Shown: in pieces, positions 36,372-41,682 of the stretch
How the letters are laid out: each line of letters starts with the position of its first letter
Position numbering within the stretch: position 1 is the stretch's first letter
Notes under the pieces: generated by a model
Database searches by the model: none
What the model was told of the DNA's origin: nothing
What the model saw: the letters and a program-made list of their open reading frames with translations, nothing else
Made by a program: the position numbers and the translations under genes
Origin: Candidatus Limnocylindrales bacterium
GTDB lineage: Bacteria > Moduliflexota > Moduliflexia > Moduliflexales > JAUQPW01
DNA: 41,682 bases
Reading direction: 5' to 3'
Assembly: GCA_035559535.1 (NCBI GenBank)
Contig: DATMBG010000012.1
Location: 248,001 to 289,682, forward strand

Positions 36372-36759
36372 TTTAATCCAGCTCTTCAAAATTTTTTTCT
36401 AAAGGTATGTTAAACCTTGACTATTTATTCTAATGAGAGAACTTTTATAACAGTAAAGAAGTAAAAACCGAAAAATCATAAAACAGGATCCTTTAGTTAT
36501 AGAGATAGTCCCTTTCCTATTTCGGAGGCTAAGGGGTTATTTAGCTGTGTAATTCTGTAGCTAGGGAATTATACCTTTTCAAGCTGATGGGGAGCCTGTC
36601 CTTGCACGGAGCGACAGGAGTTGGCATCTACTGGAGTGAAAGGGACAAAGCCATCTCTTTGCTTTGTGGAATTGTTTTGCTCCTGTTGTCACTCGTCGGG
36701 GTAAGTTTGGGGTATCCTTTTCAACTTGAAAAGGCATTACAGGAAAGGTGAAACAGATC

Positions 36760-37344
36760 ATGAAAAACAAAGTTTTCATCGGAAGTCTTTGTCTTTTACT
36801 TATAGTAGTGACGGCAGGGTGTGGAGGAACTACCGAGAGACATAAAGGTGCCATTATCGGTGGTGCCGCCGGTGCAGGGGCAGGTGCAGTTATTGCGGGA
36901 GTGGCCGGGGGAAACGAATTGGTGGGTGCTCTGCTGGGAGGTTTGGCAGGGGCTCTGTTGGGGGACTACATTCAGAAACAGGAGGCCACTCGGGAAGCGA
37001 CGGTTAATAAATACGGCAGTCCTTCGGGGACCCTTGTCAAGTTAGAAGAGGTACAGGTTATTCCTTCCACCGCTCGCCCGGGAGATCGGGTAAATCTCCA
37101 AATGAGGTACGCGGTATTAGGAAGCACTCCTCCAACAGTGGTCACCGAAGAGTGGCGGATCAGTCAGGGTAACGAAAATATTGGAAATACCAGTATCCAG
37201 GTCCAACGCCCGGATGGGACCTATGTAACCACTGTTCCTATCACGCTTCCCTCAAACGCCAGACCGGGTACCTATACCCTGCAGGCCAGAGTCAGTGCCA
37301 ATGGGGTTGTAGATACAGAGACGACCCGTCTTCAGGTTCGATAA
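36760..37344 (+). CDS. Lipoprotein with a glycine zipper and a C-terminal Ig-like beta domain
   Basis: Lipobox TAG-C; GAIIGGAAGAGAGA...GALLGGLAGALLG; beta-rich C-terminus. Confidence 0.82.
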   Translation: MKNKVFIGSLCLLLIVVTAGCGGTTERHKGAIIGGAAGAGAGAVIAGVAGGNELVGALLGGLAGALLGDYIQKQEATREATVNKYGSPSGTLVKLEEVQVIPSTARPGDRVNLQMRYAVLGSTPPTVVTEEWRISQGNENIGNTSIQVQRPDGTYVTTVPITLPSNARPGTYTLQARVSANGVVDTETTRLQVR

Positions 37345-37361
37345 AACCTTCTACCTTATCC

Positions 37362-37420
37362 CCCTTTCCCCTCTTTCGAAGCTTCGGAAGAGGGGAAAGG
37401 CTTTTAGGAGTATTTTTTTA
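37362..37420 (+). terminator. Hairpin between convergent genes, putative terminator
   Basis: CCTTTTCCCCTCTTTCGAA-GC-TTCGGAAGAGGGGAAAGG followed by T-rich sequence. Confidence 0.5.
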
Positions 37421-37634
37421 ATTTTAGACCGTTCCCCTCGTCCCGAGCCCAGTTGAAGGGGTGAATTCCCGGCCAGAGGCTGAGGGTCGTCCTCCGACCA
37501 GCTCAATGCAAACAAGGCAGGGGATTCGCAAACGACTGACTCAAAAAAATACCCCTGTAAGGAGGGGAAAGAAGCATGGGAGAAAAGGGTGAGGTTGTTT
37601 TTATAGCCGGAACAACCCGGATCGTTACGACCCG

Positions 37635-39794
37635 TTATTTTACCGTAACAGGTACTTCCAGAGTCTGTCGGGTATATTGATGGAACCAGATTTGGTTGCC
37701 TGAGAGGAGGTCCCATTTAAGTAGGTAGCGACCGCTTGTTTCAGGAGCTGTAAGCCGGGCCTGGATGGTTATTTCTTGTAAAGGAAGTAAATCGTGAGGA
37801 AGTAAGGTTCTGGTCCCTTCACATACCAGGGATTCATCTTCTGCACGGAACCATTGATAGGAACATTGAACAGCGTGGGGCCCACTTCGGAACCAGGGAC
37901 TGAAACTGGTATTTTTAAAAGTCAAAGGAATCGTATAAGTTTGTCCGCTTTCCATTTCTTTTGGAGTACCATGATTAATATATTCGACCCGATAAAAGAT
38001 CTCTTCGGCTTTTCTTAAAGGAACTGATTGGTCATAAGATTGGGCCATTTGATCTCCCAAGCTATTCCATAAGCAGTGCCAGTAGTCTGTGGAGGATTCT
38101 AGAAGAATCTGGAGGCTCCGCTCGAGTTCATTCCCTTGTCGGGCCAGTAAGTTCAAAGCCCGGAGAGTATCCCCATTGAAATCTATCTGCCTTTCGAAGC
38201 TCTTTCCGGTGTATTCGGTGAGATGGTTGAGATATTTGACCACAGTCGCATTAAAGTCCCTTTGGCGCTTCAACATAAGCTCACAGAACTGTATGACCTG
38301 GAGATTGAAGAGTTGTTGATTTCGGAGGATATGCTCCAGGTACGCCCGAAGAGGTCGAAAGAGAAGCTTCTTCGCAAATACAATCAACCGACCGAGAAAA
38401 CGCCGATGGGACTTGATCTCATAATTAAAATCAGGAGCCTGGGTTTGTTTCATGGTAGTTACGGCATCCCCCAGCTCATCCGGCAAAGTATGGGATTTCT
38501 CCAACCCAGGGCTTCCTTTTCGATCCTCTGAGAGAAGCTGCCATTTGGTATTTAAAGCTAGAGTCTGATTCCCCAATTTAAGGTTTAAGGGAGGGGGATG
38601 ACTCCAGGGGCCCGGCTCGGTATAATCGGTATCCAGTCGGTACATCCGCTTGAGGGAATTTAAACGGATCTCAATGGGAGTCGTCTCGGCATCTGGATAC
38701 AACGGTTCGTAGGAGGTAAAAACTTTAGCTACAATGCCACATTGTTTACAATCCGAGAGATCATGATTTAAGAGCTTACGCCGGATCCTTTGATAATTTT
38801 CGTTATTCCAAATTTCCAGAGGGGAAGCCTCTTTGACATTACCCATAATATTGGGCATAAAACAGCAGGGGCGTACATTGCCGTCTACATCCACCAGCAT
38901 CTCCTGCCAGGGAGAACGGCAGAAGGGTATGTCTCGAATTCGAGATTCTATAAAAGGTCGATGAATGGTTCGATAGGGATAAGGTACACGGCTTGATGCC
39001 AGTAACGAGGAAACCTGTTCGGTTTCGGCGTTCTGAGAATCTCGCAGTAATTCCTCATCGGTCCAGGCAATATGGCAGAGCTTAATTCCCAACTCATCGG
39101 CTTTCTTCTTGGCGATTCGATAATAATGCTTTTCGACAACCGGATCGAGGGTTTGGTAGAGTTGGACCCCTGTAGGAGCCGTTAAAAGCCTCAAAACGTG
39201 GATCTCCCTGGCTCCAACCTCGTGGGCCAGTTCCACAAAAAGCGGCAGCTCCTGGATATTTTTTTTCATGGCCACAAAGACCAGAGTTATATAGGGTATT
39301 TCGGTTTTCTTCTGTTCTTTATAGGCTTTAATCAGCTTCAGGTTGTTGACGACCCGTTCGAAGTTACTCCCAACCCGGATGGATCGATACGTCTGCGGCG
39401 TGGCCGCATCCATAGACACACTAATATGGGTCAAACCACCAGCCACAATTTTATCGATATATTTATCCGCTGTCAGAAGGTTCGTAGAAACATAACTCTT
39501 GGGGGGTCGGACTTCATTGATAATGTCCAGATAGTACTCCGGATTTTTGGTTGCCAGGATCTCCCCCGCATCGTTCCATCGGATCTCCATGGGATAAGGG
39601 AATATTTGCCGGACACTTTCAAAAACTTCCGGGCTCATATCGTGATGGTTCATGTACTTGGTAAAGCACATGATGCAGTCAATATCACAATCGTTGGTAA
39701 TGGCTACATCCAACGTCAAAGGTTTAGATTCCAATACGATCTTCCTTTGAGCAACTTCTTGCTTGTTAAGAAGTAAATTTTGCTGTCTCAGCAT
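37635..39794 (-). CDS. Radical SAM/SPASM-type protein with a central coiled-coil region and a C-terminal Ig-like domain
   Basis: CDIDCIMC; CRSPW...DGNVRPCC...MGN...CKQC; SHRRFLG...QxxFN repeats; KNT...W...G.Y.LKWDL C-terminal domain. ATG 39794 has an AAGGA SD. Confidence 0.85.
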   Translation of the reverse strand: MLRQQNLLLNKQEVAQRKIVLESKPLTLDVAITNDCDIDCIMCFTKYMNHHDMSPEVFESVRQIFPYPMEIRWNDAGEILATKNPEYYLDIINEVRPPKSYVSTNLLTADKYIDKIVAGGLTHISVSMDAATPQTYRSIRVGSNFERVVNNLKLIKAYKEQKKTEIPYITLVFVAMKKNIQELPLFVELAHEVGAREIHVLRLLTAPTGVQLYQTLDPVVEKHYYRIAKKKADELGIKLCHIAWTDEELLRDSQNAETEQVSSLLASSRVPYPYRTIHRPFIESRIRDIPFCRSPWQEMLVDVDGNVRPCCFMPNIMGNVKEASPLEIWNNENYQRIRRKLLNHDLSDCKQCGIVAKVFTSYEPLYPDAETTPIEIRLNSLKRMYRLDTDYTEPGPWSHPPPLNLKLGNQTLALNTKWQLLSEDRKGSPGLEKSHTLPDELGDAVTTMKQTQAPDFNYEIKSHRRFLGRLIVFAKKLLFRPLRAYLEHILRNQQLFNLQVIQFCELMLKRQRDFNATVVKYLNHLTEYTGKSFERQIDFNGDTLRALNLLARQGNELERSLQILLESSTDYWHCLWNSLGDQMAQSYDQSVPLRKAEEIFYRVEYINHGTPKEMESGQTYTIPLTFKNTSFSPWFRSGPHAVQCSYQWFRAEDESLVCEGTRTLLPHDLLPLQEITIQARLTAPETSGRYLLKWDLLSGNQIWFHQYTRQTLEVPVTVK

Positions 39795-40065
39795 GGGAGA
39801 TCCTTTATATAAAAAGATGATGAACCTTGATAAAGAGATTTTACCTTGAATCAAAGTTATTAATTATCCCTGCTCCTGTCAAGTTTAAAGAGAGAAGATT
39901 TGTGTTATTTTTGATGTTTCTTCTACAAGGATTAAAAAACACTTTAACTTTTTCCTTGCCGGAATCTCAATTCCTGCTTCATACTATAGGTCATGGTAAC
40001 CGGATCTATTTTAGGCCCATGGATTAAAGAAGCATCTGTGAGATTTCTGAAATTTCGATAGAAGA

Positions 40066-40764
40066 ATGGTTATGATAAAAATTCATTATTTACAACATGT
40101 TCCGTTCGAAGGTCTCGCCAGCATCGAACAATGGGCGAAGACCAGAGGTCACTTGCTGTCTGTCACCAGGTTTTATCAAAACGAACCGTTACCCCCGGTT
40201 GATGAAATTGACTGGCTGGTGGTTTTAGGTGGGCCCATGAACATTTACGAAGAGGACAGGTATCCCTGGTTGTCCAGGGAGAAACGGTTCATTGAGCAGG
40301 TAATTTCAAAAGAGAAAGTTGTTTTAGGCATCTGTTTGGGTTCGCAGTTAATTGCTGATGTTCTGGGTGCAAGGGTGTTCCGAAACCGTTACAAGGAAAT
40401 AGGCTGGTTTCCCATTGAATTTACCCCTGAAGCCCAGACCTCGCCGCTTTTCAACTTCTTACCCCCGCGACTCACAGCTTTTCACTGGCATGGTGATACT
40501 TTCGAATTACCACGGGGTACGGTCTGGCTGGCTCAAAGTGAAGGATGTCAGAACCAGGCGTTTCTCTATAAAGAAAAAGTTCTCGGCTTACAGTTTCATC
40601 TGGAGTCCACAAAGGAAAGCGTTGAACAACTCCTCGCCAACTGTGCAGATGAGCTTGTTGAAGGCAGGTACATTCAAAAACCAGATGAAATACTGTCCCA
40701 CGAGACTGACTTTGAGAAAATCAACCAGGCCCTGTATGGTATCCTGGACAGAATGTCCCGTTAA
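40066..40764 (+). CDS. Class I glutamine amidotransferase-like protein
   Basis: LGGPM, GICLGSQL (Cys nucleophile), WHGD, QFHLE (His-Glu). Confidence 0.92.
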   Translation: MVMIKIHYLQHVPFEGLASIEQWAKTRGHLLSVTRFYQNEPLPPVDEIDWLVVLGGPMNIYEEDRYPWLSREKRFIEQVISKEKVVLGICLGSQLIADVLGARVFRNRYKEIGWFPIEFTPEAQTSPLFNFLPPRLTAFHWHGDTFELPRGTVWLAQSEGCQNQAFLYKEKVLGLQFHLESTKESVEQLLANCADELVEGRYIQKPDEILSHETDFEKINQALYGILDRMSR

Positions 40765-41004
40765 CTGGATGGTATTAAAGGGTTCATAAAAATTATTCCA
40801 CCCTTCTGGTTTTTGATTTTCAAGTTTTGAGTCGGGGTGAAGAAAGCTAAGACGGACCGGTATCCACAAAAAATAAAATTTGAGTTTGTCCAATGTTTTA
40901 ATTTTGTAAAATCTCGGGGATATATCCCCGCATATCTCTTTAAAAACCCTCTCTATTTTGAGTTCTCATACCATTTCTATGTTGAAGTGAGGGGTATCTT
41001 TTTT

Positions 41005-41214
41005 CTAACCCCTCTAGGCGCCGGGATACGAGTGAGGTACCTGAGGGGCACCTCCCTTCCTGACCTTCCTCCGCTTTACAGGGGAAGGAACTTTGAAGCG
41101 AAGTTCCCTCTCCCTCCCCCTCTCACCCTCCCCGTGGACGGGGAGGGTGAGAGGGGGAGGGAGGTGCCTTAACCCGGTACCTATACCACCTAACCTCTCT
41201 TAAGCGCCAGGATA
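41005..41214. repeat. Palindromic REP/MITE-like element flanked by imperfect direct repeats
   Basis: Perfect 21-bp stem 41112-41132/41140-41160; outer IR GGCACCTCCC / GGGAGGTGCC; direct repeats at 41005-41028 and 41190-41214. Confidence 0.72.
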
Positions 41215-41476
41215 GGAAGGTTAGTCCCAGCGGAGCGACCTGTTTAACAGCTACGGAGCTTGAAAAAATTCTAAATGACTGAATCCTCCGATTTACGTCA
41301 GAGGCTATTAACGGTTCGTCCCTTGGCGGAGCTTTTCAGCTTATCCTGACGTGGAGGTGGTAAAGCGTCTAGACCCCATGCCTGATCCTTAGCTTGATGC
41401 CTATGGGGGTAACTCCTTGTGGCTACCCTGTTTAAGGGCAATCCTGGGGGATCGTCCTGCAGGTTATACGACATTT

Positions 41477-41682
41477 CTATTTAGAGTTGGTATCGGGCAG
41501 TAAATACCGGTCTTCTTGTAAAAGTTTCTCACAGGCTTCTGCCGGTACAGGTTTACCAAACAGGTAACCCTGGGCCTCATCACACTGTTGGGCACATAAA
41601 AAAAACAACTGCTCCTCCGTCTCCACCCCCTCCGCTAAAACCTTCAACTCCAAAGCATGGGCCATGTCTATGATTAACCTGG
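41477..41682 (-). CDS. EAL-domain protein, C-terminal fragment (5'-partial)
   Basis: RLIIDMAHALELKVLAEGVETEEQ...CDEAQGYLFGKP; the frame is open to the window edge. Confidence 0.9.
   Translation of the reverse strand, partial: RLIIDMAHALELKVLAEGVETEEQLFFLCAQQCDEAQGYLFGKPVPAEACEKLLQEDRYLLPDTNSK

Noticed and set aside
36580-36745. Structured leader upstream of the lipoprotein as a riboswitch or ncRNA
   Set aside because: Short stems such as CCTGTC/GACAGG are present but match no RNA family I can recognise; an Rfam/Infernal search would be needed.
37351-37716. 121-aa minus-strand ORF
   Set aside because: Runs through a terminator hairpin and repeat, overlaps the radical SAM gene out of frame, and has no protein motifs.
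39198-39776. 192-aa plus-strand ORF
   Set aside because: Antisense shadow of the radical SAM gene, with no independent motifs.
40837-41172. 111-aa ORF
   Set aside because: Its C-terminus is translated palindromic repeat (PLPPPLTLPVDGEGERG); no coding signal.

Overview
A bacterial chromosomal window of moderate GC with no rRNA, tRNA, CRISPR array or transposase that I can recognise. It opens with the end of a complex I operon (nuoK' - nuoL - nuoM - nuoN) followed directly by rex. Next come small housekeeping or hypothetical genes, a ligase-less Pnkp/GNAT/HExxH-TPR operon, an ATP-grasp ligase, an adenylate cyclase, an NfuA plus radical SAM pair, a YjhG/YagF-type dehydratase, a REC-LOV-like-GGDEF-EAL protein and an RtcB-archease-deacylase operon. 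It ends with a surface-glycan region (MTase-GT4, PA14-YfhO, a GT-C-like protein and a radical SAM/SPASM coiled-coil protein), a class I GATase and a partial EAL gene. The main find is that the radical SAM ORF ending at 17516 probably does not stop at its TGA. It continues as W-Y-C-U-A-E-P-T-E-E-Q-F-A-L-V with a SECIS-like hairpin, i.e. a Cys-Sec-tailed selenoenzyme, possibly working with NfuA and the nearby ATP-grasp ligase. Other notable points are a cysteine-less LOV domain on a GDDEF-EAL protein, a Pnkp lacking its ligase domain and Hen1, and families of 7-mer and 8-mer palindromic repeats, one of them translated in frame inside a gene. All protein calls come from motif recognition; no database searches were run.
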